Assembly (NCBI RefSeq): GCF_025526975.1
Contig: NW_026515685.1
Location: 310,001 to 374,000, forward strand
Direction: 5' to 3'
DNA: 64,000 bases
Origin: Fimicolochytrium jonesii
Lineage: Eukaryota
The position numbers and the translations under genes were made by a program. Positions within the stretch are counted from its first letter, which is position 1; the number at the start of each line of letters is the position of its first letter. This document shows positions 14,514 to 27,246 of the stretch, piece by piece. The notes below the pieces were generated by a model. That model saw only the letters and a list, made by a program, of their open reading frames with translations. It ran no database searches and was not told the DNA's origin.

Positions 14514-14684
14514 TTATATCTTCTTGGGCCTGACGTTGACCCCGGGCGGCGGCGGAATGACGTTTGAACCACCGAATCCGCTAAACAGGCCGAAGTAGCG
14601 AAGTAAGCGGGAGACAAAGACGACTCCAAAGAGGGCGCCGAAGAGGATGACGGGGAAGTATTTGTTGATTGTTTCTGGTTCCAT
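14514..14684 (-). CDS. Putative 56-aa single-TM microprotein
   Basis: MEPETINKYFPVILFGALFGVVFVSRLLRYFGLFSGFGGSNVIPPPPGVNVRPKKI*. ATG in an A-rich context (CAAAAATGG). It is below the 60-aa ORF-track cutoff. Confidence 0.5.
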   Translation of the reverse strand: MEPETINKYFPVILFGALFGVVFVSRLLRYFGLFSGFGGSNVIPPPPGVNVRPKKI

Positions 14685-15185
14685 TTTTGTTTTCTTTTGG
14701 CGAGAGGAGAGTGAGGGAGTGAGTGAGTGTGAGGAAGAGTGGGTGGGTGGGGTGCTGTGTCCCGAGTGGTTGGGGGGTGTGGGTGCTGTCTGTACAGTAT
14801 GTGTTGGTGTTGTGTTGAGGCCAGCCGCTTGTTACTGTATGTCTGGTTGACGAAGGAAGAGAGAGAAGAGTCAGGAGAAGAGAGCAGAGGGAGGAAAGGG
14901 CGCGAGGTGTGACAAACAACCCCCCCTTTTCCATCGCCGCCTTTTTTCCTATTCGTTGCAACGCTACACACAAACTAACTTTACGCTTACCTCCACTACT
15001 CTCACCCTCCCTGCAACCCCCGTCCAACTCGGAAAAGCTTACACCATGTACGTCAGGCGAGGACTTCCAATAGTGGCTTTCAAAAAAGTCACTTCGCGTC
15101 GCCGTGCGTATTACCCCCATCCTCCGCGCGGTCATCTTCGCAACCCGTGGCGGCGACTTCCAGAGCTTTGACACAACGAGGAAAC

Positions 15186-17840
15186 ATGGTCGCAGCGGTA
15201 AAAGCGCCACTGGTATCGCACCGTCAAACGGTCAACGACAACGTAGAGGGCCATTCTGGCGGCGGCGGCGGCGGCGGCGGCGGCAGAGGCGCTCGTGCCG
15301 ACCGAGCACGCACTACTGGAGGAACAACTACCCGGGGACCAAAGGCTGGTGGTGGCAATAATGGAGGAACTACGCTGCCACCCCTGGATATGACCGACCC
15401 ATCGTCGAAATCCGCACACGCTGAGGCGGACACGGCGAACGAGGATGGCACGATACGACGGCACTCTGCGGCGGTGGCGGCTGAGAGTGATTCAAAGGGA
15501 GAGAACAATGGTGTTGGATCTGGAGGAAGAGTGCCGTTGTTGTTGAAGGATAAGTTGGGTGTCGAGCATAGGACCCCTATGGGGGAGTATGTGCCGCCAC
15601 AAGGGGGATTGCCGCTTTCGAGTCTTGGTAAGTGATGCAAGTGCGAGCGGAGTGCGTAGCGAGCCCCAGCGTGCGTAGCGAGCCTCAGCGAGCGAAGCGA
15701 GCTACGCCCCGCCCACCGCATCCCAACATCCTCGTCGCGAGCGGAGCGAGCAGGGTACTGTCTGTAGACAATGTTGATGGTGGTTGATCGTGGTTGATGG
15801 TGGTTGATGGTCGATCCTAACACTCCTCATCATTACAGCCCTCCCCACCCCCTCCCCCCAATCCTACACCCCCCTCCTCCCCCCCAACGGCCGTCAAGTC
15901 TCCATCCTCGGCAAACACCCCGACCCCTCCTCCGACTCCACCAACGAAGGGCCCGGCCCGTCAAAGTACAACACCGACCCCATCAAAGTCGTGTTTGAGG
16001 AAGCCCCCAAATGGAGCTTTGCGGGGAGTCGTGGGAAGGAGAGTCATGCGCTTGTGAAGAGGGAGGGGGAGGAGAGTTTGCCCGGTGCGGCGACGTATTT
16101 CCCTACGGATAGGACGGTCGGGAGGGACGCGCCCAGCTTTTCTTTGAGTGGGAGGTTTGAGACGCAATGTATGTTTTGTGACTGATCGTGAGGGGATCGA
16201 TCGTGAGGGAGGTTGTGACTTATGCATGGGTTATGTTTAGTTCCGGAAGACCCCGGACCAAGCGCCTACTTCCCCAAAGCAACTGTCGGGCGAACCACAC
16301 CGCCTAAATACTCCTTTGGGCGGAAGTACATCTCCATTGGTATGTCACTCGGAACGCGTCTCCACCCATACGAGTCCCATCATCAGTGCAAACTCATCCG
16401 CTGCGACTCTCCCCTACCCTGTAGACGACTCAACGCCAGGCCCGCAATCCTACGACGTCGCATCGCATAAACTTCCCCCGCACGCATCAACCGCGCCGGC
16501 ATTCACGTTCCGGCCAAAGTTGGGCGGTGACGTGTTTGAGACGTCGGAAGCTGGTATGTGTTCCCTGCATTTTGCCTGGAATCCCATCGTCCTGCCATTC
16601 CGATTGGTTTGGTTTAACGGTTCTCGCCTTGTATAGGTGGAACACCTTCACCAAACGCCTACTTCCCAAAACTCCCCTGGAACGAACGCGCCGCGACACT
16701 GAAAGGCTGGTATGCGGAAAGCAAGGCCCTGAAGACGCCCGGCCCAGCAAGTTTCCTCATCAAAGATCAGTCCACGGGCCCGCAGTTCTCGCTGAGGGGG
16801 AAGCCTCGTATGTGTACTACCTCGCCGTAGTACACGACAGTAGCTGGCAAAGATTTGACCCGTTTTCGTCTTTTTCCTTTTTATTAGATACACCGGGAGC
16901 GGCGGGCGACTCCCCCGGCCCGGCAACATATAACCCGAACCTGAATGGGTCGATGGAGAAGCGGCCGGCGTATACGCTGGGGGGGAGGCCTGGGAGTCAG
17001 AATGGTGAGTGGTATTCGACGGCGCAAATTGCCAACACAGATGGATCCGTCTGAACAAGTGCATCAACTATTCCAGGCGGGGCGTCCCGCCCGACGACGG
17101 CAGCAGCGGGCCCCGGCCCGTCGGAGTACACGCCGCGCGACAGGCAGGTCAGAAGCAACGATGGGCCGAAGGTCACGTTGAAGGGGCGGTGGAAGGTGTT
17201 TGCAGGTAGGGCCAATCTGCAACACACTGCTTGGGGGAGCGAGATGCCTGGGCTGGGGAATGTGCCTCTGACCTAACTTGAATCGTAAACGTGTTCCCGG
17301 ACCCATGACATGAATAGCAAGCACCCCCGGCCCATCAGACTACAACGTCCCCCAACGCTTCCTCACACCCCTGCAGCTCGCGCGGTTCGAGGAGGCGTGC
17401 AGGAAGCGGAAGGAAGCTAAACAAGCCGGTATGTACTCTTCTCATCGTATACATCGTTGTCCCCGCTTTTCTCTTCGCCCCCGTCTATTCATTTCTTAAC
17501 CCCCCTGTCCATCCTCTTAGGTACCCAACCCCCCACAACCACCCCCCAAGTCGACCAGCACACGACCCCCGGCCCGGGGACGTACACCCACATCGACACG
17601 AACGTCGTCAAGCGCGCCGCGCCGGCGTTCTCGCTCGGGAAACGGCTGCCCACTGAACTCTCCCGTCTTCAAGCGCGGCAGCAGACACCACATGGGACGG
17701 CCAAGGCGGTTGTTGAGGATAGCGGGGAGGGTGAGAAGGGCAGGAAGGGAAGTAAAGGCCCGAGTTTGAAGAGCCGGATGTCGCCGTTTGTGACCATCTT
17801 CCCGAGTACGAGGATGGATACGTTGAGGGTGCGGGGTTGA
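15186..17840 (+). CDS. SHIPPO/PG-rich repeat protein (ODF3/CIMAP1/STPG-like ciliary protein), multi-exon
   Basis: Repeated [ST]PGP..Y motifs (EGPGPSKY, DPGPSAYF, TPGPQSY, SPGPATYNP, TPGPGTY), each followed by AP.FS/YT..R. Start codon uncertain. Confidence 0.8.
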
Positions 17841-18629
17841 TAGGAATTTTTGGCAGGATCGGGGGGGGCGGGGGAATTTTTTTTGGGAAGGGGCGTTTCC
17901 GGGACGAGATTGGGGGAGATTACATGAGGATACAGGACTAACAGGTAGAATTGAGGTAATGATTAGGGATAGCGAGGAGTGGAAGGGGTTCGTCTTGGTA
18001 GCAGTGAGACTTTTGGGAAGCTTTACATAATGGAGACTGATATAAACCACCAGAATATAGAATGAGCTACGGACGGGCAGCTTGGCCTCGTGTAGGTACC
18101 CAATGCAAGAACATCCAGACTTCCCCCTTCGGAAGCAGGGTGAGATTTAGCCCTCATGGGAATTCTAAACGGCGCTCGAGAGGGGGCCACGCGAGACGGT
18201 GGCTGCAGGGCCGTATTTTTATCTTTCGTGGATGCAGGTCCAGCTTCGCATTATTATTGGCGGGGACGCCGGGTGAGCGCAGAGGGTCGACTGACTGACA
18301 GTGAACGACGCGTGAGTCAGCCGCGGTCTCGCTGTCATTTGTTTCTTCGCGTCTGTCGATGTTTTTTCATTCGGAGGACTGGGGCGGAGATCGATCGAGT
18401 GTTCTGAACGGAGAGTGGGCTGCCGATTGAAGCACCCAGAGAGCATCAGAAACCTAGAGTTTTGGAGCTAAGACATACGGGAAATCGATCTTGTTGGGCG
18501 GCGCCAAAGTTCTGTTCGGACCTAGTGGGTCGTAGAAGGTACGGCCCAATCCTCAACGGCTTGGTAGTAAAACCCTCGTCCACATGAACCCCATTGCTAT
18601 ACTCATCCACACCCCCACAGCCCCCCAAA

Positions 18630-21600
18630 ATGTCGCACATCCTAGCCCAATGGCTCAACCACGACGTCTCCCTCTCGCACCACGCCTCGGCCTCGACCCT
18701 CGACCACCAATTCGCCTCGGGCCACCTCCTCGCCGAACTGCTCAGCAAATTCAACCTCCAGCCGCCACCCGATGCGACCACCGCGACGTACGATACGAGC
18801 AACGTGGACGCGCTCGTGCGCAATTACGCGCGGGTGGAGCACACGTTGAGGGAGAAGCTGGGGATCGAGTTGAGCAGTAATGCCGCGTGTGATTTGATCA
18901 GGGAACGGCCGGGGGGCGCCGCGAAGTTGTTGTACGTTACATGCGGGGGTTGGGAGTCGAGGGGGTTGGTCGGGCGAGAATTGGGATACTGACTATGGGG
19001 GTTGTATGGGGATGTAGGTATCAGATCAAAAGCGCCGTCTCGACACAGGGCATCCACCCGGCGACCAAACCGCACACCCGGCTGCTCACAGCAGCGCAGG
19101 GCGGGGTGCCCAAGCTGCCGTCGTACCCGAACAGCCCTCGAGGTGAGGAATCAGATCCATCCAACCACTTTCCCTCCCAGGCCAACCCCTCATTGATAAA
19201 CACCGGCATAGCACAGACGGCAGCCCAGTCCCGGACCTCGCGCCGGTGGCCGAGAGCTCGAAACGGATCGCGATTGAGCAGGACCATGAGTTCTTTGCCA
19301 AGATGTTGAAGAACAAGCTGTCGAAGATGGAGAATGCGAAACATGTTAAGCGGACGACGCACCATCGGCATGTGGTGGATAAGGTATGCCGTGTCGTCTT
19401 GTCACGCTTGATGGAGGGGCAAACGTGGAGAGAGTGCTGATAGCAACACTTTTGGATGTAGGTGAAGGAACCGATCTACTACGCCGACGTGACGAGGTCC
19501 TACCATGTCGGCGAATTGACGCAGCAGCCTACGACGGAGCCGGAGGAGGCGATTGTGCAGAATGTTGCAAAGCACGTGGAGAAGCTGCATCGGCAGCAGA
19601 TTGCGAGAGGGAGTGCGGCGCGCTCGGGGAGGAGGAGGGAGAGGCCTACGCATTATGCGGGGGAGGTTTGTGTGGATTTCCGTCCATGGTGGTGTTTGTA
19701 AATAGATCGAGCAACACATTTATCTTTCTCCATAGGGCATGGTTGACACCATCAAAGCGGAAGTAGAGTCCTTTGAGAAGCGGCTGAGGGTTCTTACACA
19801 TCACGAGTCACCGACAACAGACTCCGCCAAAGCGGGCCATCCCGACGACGACGATGCCGAAGAAGGTGCACCGCTCGACCCCAACGCCATCAAAAAGTTC
19901 ATCGTACTGCAAGCCAACATGGACCCGCTCAACCACCTCAAAATGATGTCACGCTCGCTGCCCCCCCTCGAGTCCATGCACAACCAACGCCGCGACTTCC
20001 TCGAATCCATCCGCAACAAGAAACTCGAAGAAGAGGCGTCGCGGCGTGAACGCGAGCAGCGCCGCCGCAAGCGTGCGCTGCAGGAACAGCGGGCACAGGA
20101 TGAGCGTCAGATCGCGCAGATCGAGGAGGTCGCGCTTGCGAAGCTGTTGCGGCAGTCGAAGCAGGAGCGGAGGATCGCTGAGCAGCTGCTGCAGGTCCGG
20201 CATGAGCGGGAGGTGATGCGGCAGAATCGGATCTTCTTGGAGGAGCAGTATGCCCAACGGCGGCAGAAGGATTATGAGGAGGCGTTGGCCCAGGAGTATG
20301 AGCTGTGTGAGAGGGAGAGGCTGGATTATAGACGGCAGACGGCTTTGCAGGTCGCTCAGCATGAGGAGATCTTGAGACAGAAGGCGCAGGCGAAGCATGA
20401 GGCGAGATGTGATATGTGTTTGGAGGTTGTGAATGACATCTTTGATTTGGCGATGAAGGTGAGGAAATCACATTGCATGGAACCAGCGTCGAAGGATAAG
20501 GAGATCTGATGTATTCATTTCGCAGATGGCCGACTATCGAACACTAAACGATGGCCGCGACGCGCCCAAAAAGTTCGTCGACGAATGGAAGCTACTCTTC
20601 AGTCAAGGCAACTCCCTTACAAAGCAGTACACGATCGACTTGGAGAAAGATGTCATCGAGCCGGCAATTTACGAGATCGATGTGCCTGCTGATCAAAGCG
20701 CATTGACTCCTGCGGCGAAGAAGGAGGCTATCGGGCCCGGAGCTAAAATTTTGGACGATAAGGAGTTCGAGGACTATTTGCATGGGCGCGGTGATTGGTC
20801 TTATCCGAACGACTTGTAAGCTTCGTCTTTCTCTCTGTCGCTGAGGCAAGCGTTCGGGAGTCTAATCCGACGTTTGCCAGATCATCACGATTACTACGGA
20901 ACAAAGCGCTGAACAAGCTCATTAGCACCATCCTCGAGATCACGGCTCCTCCGGAACCCGTGGTCGAGACTGCTCATCTCCCGCCGGTTCCGCTCAAATT
21001 GGCATTGATCGGAAAGCCGTTTGCGGGCAAACGGACGCTGGCCAGGAAGATTGCCGCCAAATACAAGTTGGCGGTCATTTCGGTCGATGAGCTGATGCAG
21101 AACGCCATCAAGTAAGCACAGGGCTGATACTCTTCGAGACCTCAATGCCCTTGCTCAATAATGTGTTTCAGACAAGCCGACATGAACGCCGCAGCCCCAC
21201 CTCCCGCCGATCCCGACAAAGGGCACCCAACAAAAGTCCCCAACAGAGCTGTCATTGGTGCAAAACTAGAGATCAACATGCTCGAAGGAGGGAGCCCTGA
21301 TGACAGCCTACTAGTGCTGCTGGTCGTCGACGCCATCCAGCGCATCTTACCAGCAGACCAGCCGACCGAGTATGGCGGCGTCATATTGACGGACTTCCCC
21401 AGGACACGGGCGCAAGCCCAACTACTAGAGAAGGAACTCTCTGGGTGCGTTTGGCCAGACCGTTGGTATTGCGCTCGAGTTACCACAGTGAGCTGAGACA
21501 CCGTTCCATTGCAGTTATGAGGACCCGAAACCCATTAAACCCGGGAACCTCAAGCGCACACCTCGCGACAAAGCCAAGATGCGCTCGCAGATCGCCCCGA

Positions 21601-24600
21601 GCGATGCACCCCAGCCGGAAATCAAGCCAGGCTCGGTGGTGAGCGGCATGGACGCCATCGTCATGATCGATGTGTCCAACGAGGTTGCGTACGATCGTGC
21701 GGCGGGAAGGCGGTTGGATCCTGTCAGTGGCCATGTGTACCACTTGACGATGGATCCGCCGCCGACCAACGACCCGGTGGGTTTTGCGGGTCTCTGGTAT
21801 TCGCCTCGATTGGAGTGCACCTATTCATCATGTTCGGTTTCTACTTTAGGGGTTGATGGAGCGGCTTGTTCCGATAAACGACGATGAGAGCGAAAGCAGC
21901 CAGCTTCATTACCAAGTCGCTGCGTTTGAGGATCAACAGGAGCAGATTAAGGACTGGTATACACGTTTTGACAACCTCCAGGTAGGTAGCTGCCGTCATC
22001 GCTTCATATTGGGTAGAGAGCAGACTACAGATTTTTTCAATCTTTACTGAACGCACTGACATTTCTCAGACCGTTGACGGAAATACCGATGCCGAACTGA
22101 CGTTTGACACTGTGCAAGATATCATTGTGGGCATCATTGATCGCAAAGAAAAGGAGAAGGAGCGCAAGGCAAAGGAAGCCATGGAGTTGTTGGAGAAGGA
22201 TATTGGCCCTGAGAATGGGGCCAAGGAGGAAGGTGAGTTTCAGATCATCTTTAACGCCGTGCATCAAAGGGACAAAACTCTCAACATTGTCGCCGCTCTG
22301 GGTTTGGTTTAGATCACTCCGCAACCGCAAATCCTGAAGAGGGGTCTGACGAAGGCGGATCCCGGCCCTCTGGCCAAGCAGCAACTGGCCCAGAAGACGG
22401 GCAGACAGTCAAAGCACCAGTCGCGGCCGCATCGGAAGCGGAACTAAAAACCGTCATCAGCCATCTCGACGACGATAAGAAAGCCAAGGCGGCGTCAGGA
22501 AGAGTGCGCCTGACCACTCCAGGGACCGCCAAAGGCGAGAAACCCACCGCCGCAGCAGCTGCTCCTACACCCGCTGCTGCTGCGGCCCCTGCCAAAACGG
22601 CACCTGGCGCCGCAAAAGACCGAGCATCTACAGCGGCCGATGCAAAGAAAGGCACCCCGCCCGCACCCGGCACCGCTCAAGGCGATCGCCCGTCCACGGA
22701 GGCTTCCGAACGCACCTTCGAGATCTCACCCATCACCCTCACGCGGGCGACGACGGCCGACGGCAAGAAACTGCCTTCCAAAGAACTAGCCGAGGTCCTC
22801 TCCGACGAATGGGTAACGATCGAGACCACCTTCACCGACACGATGAAGTTCAACTTCCGATCCCTCCGCCGCGAACGCGAAGCCGTCATCCGATACTTCC
22901 ACGCCGCCAAAGTCAACTTCAAACGCTTCCTGGAGCGGCCGGACCATAAACAGCAGCTGGTGGACCTGTTCCAGATGGAGTTCAACAGCGTCGAAGATGA
23001 TTTGAGGTCTGACCCCGATGCGAAGGCGGAGTTGCATCAGCGGTCGGAGGACCTGAGAGACAAGTTGTGGGATATGTCTGATAGGCGCAAAGAGGAGGCT
23101 GAGATTGAGAGGGTCACCATTATTGAGGATAAATGGGTTGAGGAGCATTTCATTATCATCGCCAATATCTACATAACGATGATTCAAGCGGAGATTGATC
23201 GGTATTTGGGCACGAAGGTCATGGCTGCGGATTACTACAAGGACGCTTATGGGGCGGTACGTGTTGATGATGCAGCGTTGCGTATTTATGCCAAGTAACT
23301 CATTGAGTTTTTTCTTCAGGTTCTGAGCGAAGGCAACAAGCCCGCCGTCAAACTCCCTCTCATAAGCCCTACAGCCCAAGCGTCCATCGACATCGGCTCC
23401 ATAGTCAGCACCGGATCGCTTGAGAGCTCTCACAAACTTCAGCGTCGTGATGCCACAGGAAGCGCCGACCCGCGCCAAGCGACCGCACCCATCCGCGGCG
23501 CCGGTGGTAAAAGCGGCAACATCGGTGGGGCAGCGGTCCCGGCAGGGGGCGGTGCACCGCCGCCTGCTGCAGGTGGAGCGGCTCGCAAGATGGTGCCTCT
23601 TGCGCGCAACGCGTCGGTCGTGGAAGCCAATAAGCATTCCATGGCGGGTCCGTTGGGACAGATGGAGAAGGATGCGTCGGCGGTGGAGGCCGACATGTCT
23701 ATTTACGCGGATGTGCTGAACGCGTGCGATGCGGTTCTGGGATTGTTGGCGCAGCATGATGGGGATAGTGTTCCGACCACTGCTGATAAGGATAAGAAGG
23801 ATAGGAAGAAGCAGGTCATGGATGTTGCGGAAGTCAAAGGTGAGTTCGATTCTTACTTTGGTGTAGTTCAAGCCTTGGGATCTAACAAAGTGGTATAAGG
23901 GGACGCCGACATGGAATCCATCCCCGAGTATCACCAAATAGTCGAGCGCGAGGACCAGATCCTTCGTCGCAAAGTAGAGCGCATCCGCCAGCACGCCCTC
24001 GACAACCTCCGCTCCCTCCGCGCAAAGGCCATCGAAGTCTTCACGCTTCTCGACGACTGGATCGTCGCGCGATTCGGCGCGGAGATGGATGCCGTGAGGG
24101 ATCTGATGACGGTCATCAAGGAAGCCGTCGAGGCGGAAACGAAACTGCCGAACCGGCTCGTTCTGGCCGGGGAGAAATTCAAGGTCGATTTTGGGATTGT
24201 TACGTATGAGCCGGAGCCCGAGCCTAGGCCGCCGAGTCCTGTCGAGAAGCCAAGTAAGGACATGTCCACATCATGTCAGGGAATAAACCGTGCTAAATCT
24301 ACTTCTACGTTACAGTGCCAGATCAGTTCACAGTCGTCCAACTCGTCAACATCGCATCCCAATTCCGACATATCTCATCGCCATCGGGACTGATCAGCTG
24401 CAAAGAATTTATCGACTGCTTCCAGCGTCTCGCAAACGTGTCCTCCACAGGCGCAGAGACCCTACCCGATCAATATGCCACCTTGGATGCTGCACAGCTA
24501 CAGCAGGTAATATCCAAAAATATGCATCCCCATCCTCTCCGCCCTTCAATCAGTGACTCAATGATTTTCTTGCAATATCCAGCTCTGCTCTATCTTGGAC

Positions 24601-25990
24601 CCATACGAGACTGGGTTTGTGTCGTGGCGTCGCTTTGTGCTGCTCAGCACTCGCATATTGCCCGTCCCGTCGCTGGACTACCTGGTTGATCTCAAAAAGG
24701 CGTACCGGTACGCAGCCGCAAATGGAAGCAAAGACCAAGGATGGAGGGTAAGCGCATGATTGTTGCTCCCATTCCACCGATGATGCGGTTCTTCTAACAT
24801 CCCACCCATCTTTTAGATCACCCAATCAGACTACCGCGCCATCCCCCTCTGGTTCGAAGACGGCATCTCCACATTCAACGGCACCCCCAGCGGCATCAAC
24901 ATCGCCGGCAACGACCTCATCCGCGCCCGCAGCACCACCCCAGCTCCCTCCGACTATACCGACGACTCGGAACAGAAATTCAACCGCGCCGCCAAGATGA
25001 AGGAAGCCATCTTCACTTTCTTTGAGGTCAACCCGGCTGCTGCGTCGGGGGAGTCGGTGGAGACTTCGGAGACTGCGGACGAGGGTTTGGGGCTGGGTGA
25101 GATTGGTCCGGAGGGCGAAGGGGTTGGGGAGGATGGAGCGGGCGAGCACGGCGAGAGGAATGACCAGGGTTCGAATGTGTCACTGCAGGGCCAGCCGCAT
25201 AGTGCGTCGGATGATACGAGCCGGGTGAGCACTGCTCCGGAATCGATTATTGCAGGGGCCAAGTCACCGGCACATGCGCAGAGCGGTGAGGAGATTAATG
25301 CGGTGGGCAAGACGCTGACGCAGGAGACAGCGGATGGTGAGGACGTCGTTGCATCGCTGGGCGTCGAGGCAGAGTCTGCAGCGACGGCGACGCCAAACGA
25401 GCCGATGTTTGATGCGTTAGCGTTCTTGATGTGCTGCTCGCTGGACCCTTCGCCGAAAGTCGGGCTCCAGAAGGCGTTCACCGTGATGAGCGAGAATGGG
25501 GACGGGGCTTGTACGCTGGCGGAGATCTATCAGATCCTGCATACGGGCCTGACGTTCGTTGACGAGACGCACCGGCTTGGGAGCGGGGCTAGCATTGAGG
25601 ATCCGTTCCCATTGGTAAGACCCCATACGATGTATTCTGCAACATCAGCACTTGTACCTGACCGTATTGATGTCCCCCACAGGATCTTCTCGCCCGAATC
25701 TTCGAAGACCTCAACATCCCCAGCGGTCTTCCTCCGGGCTCCACCACCCTCTCACCATCATTATTGAGCCAAGGCGGGCGCAGAGGGGGCGGCAAGATGA
25801 CGTTCGAGGCGTTCGCCAGCGCGTCGGAGCCGTATCCTCAGTTGCATTCTTGCGGGCTGTTTCAACTGGATGTGAGTATCATTGGGATCGTCACTAGGAT
25901 GCACTGCGCGAGAAATTGACTGTTTTCGTTGTTTAGGAACTTCCGGTATTTGGAAGTAATAAGCAGTCACGGCCCTCTTCGGCTATGTGA
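18630..25990 (+). CDS. SPEF2: Sperm flagellar protein 2 / CPC1 central-pair protein, multi-exon
   Basis: N-terminal CH domain (MSHILAQWLN..FASGHLLAELL), coiled coil (LLRQSKQERRIAEQLLQVRHEREV), adenylate-kinase-like P-loop GKPFAGKRT, DFPRTRAQA, lid-like RRLDPVSGHVYHL and DLRSDPDAKAELHQRSEDLRDKLWD. Confidence 0.88.
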
Positions 25991-26255
25991 ACGAGGAGGG
26001 TTATACATGCGGAGTGAGAAACCCGTTTGACGAAGAAAGCAGATTAAACGACGCATGTGTAGATTCAAGAGCCATATGTATTGTGCATGTTGCTACAAAT
26101 GTGGGATACATTCAAAACCTTGTAGATACAGTTTGGGTGCTGGCGCGCATCCAATCCAAAATGCAATGAAAACCTATCGCATCCTCGGCGCAACTGTTCG
26201 CGCTCGTTGTTTTGATATTCGCGGGCACCAGGGATATATCTGTTCGACTCCCCTC

Positions 26256-27246
26256 TCACTTCCCCGCAAACCCCTTCTTTGCCCTCAACTGCTCCTGCCT
26301 CTTCTCCAAATCCGCCGCCCACATCGCCGCCGCCACCGCATTCGTAAACTTAGTTACAGTCGAGACTATCGGGACAGCCTCCAGCGCCGCGGCCACAAAC
26401 CCAAACTGTGAATACTCATCCCGATGTCTCAACACCCACTCGCCCCGTTCCTCCGGCTGCATCTTCTTCAGCGTGAACAGGCGGTGGTGAGCTTCGATGC
26501 CTGTTCGCTCGCACTCGAGGTAGGCGTAGGCTAAAGGGCCGACGACGGGGACGAACTCGAGGGCGTACCCGAGGGCGGCGCGGGGGATGCGGGAGGGGTG
26601 GAAGATGTCGGTGGCGTTGGGGCGGTAGGTTGCGAGTTGGGCGAATTCGTGGATGCTTTGGCGTTGGGCGGAGAGCGCGGTAGGGGTTTCGGGGGTGGGG
26701 AGGACGGCTTTGGGGTCCGCGACGTAGGGGCCGATTCGGACGTTAGAGCGCCTGCAGAATGGAGATCAGTACCATTCAATGGATCGACGTTCCTCCCAAT
26801 GCAGCGGGTGGCTTACTTGGTCAAAACATCGTCGAAAAGGCCAACGCGAGTCGAATCCAGTTTGCTCCCCAGCGTGAGCATGACCACCAGCGACGCCTCG
26901 CCCATACACAGAAGAAGCGCGATCCATTTCGAGAGCCTTATTCCCAACACCGAAACTGAACCCAGACGGATATCGAGGCCGCGGAGGAAGCTGGCGACAC
27001 CCTTTGCTTGGAAGTTGAGGGTCAAGAGGACGAGGGGACTGTATGTGTAGGTTAACGCAAAAGAGATGATCAGTTTGTGATGAGCAGACTTCGTTCATTG
27101 AATGGTCTGAGTACTTACATGACGGTCGCTAGGGATGTTCCGAGAGCGATGCCCAGAGACTTTGCGACGGGTGTTGCGAGATCTTTGAAGTTGGTGGCCG
27201 TGTACAGAATCGCCAGAAACGGATATGCGGCGGGTGGGTAGGACAT
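26256..27246 (-). CDS. EI24/Rrt8-Lds-like multi-pass membrane protein, multi-exon
   Basis: MSYPPAAYPF start, hydrophobic segments, GLFDDVL, and a C-terminal YSQFGFVAAALEAVPIVSTVTKFTNAVAAAMWAADLEK typical of the family. Confidence 0.7.

Noticed and set aside
14950..18630. RFX X-box motifs upstream of ciliary genes
   Set aside because: No convincing GTTNCCATGGNAAC match was seen; only a short CGTTGCAACG palindrome near 14954.
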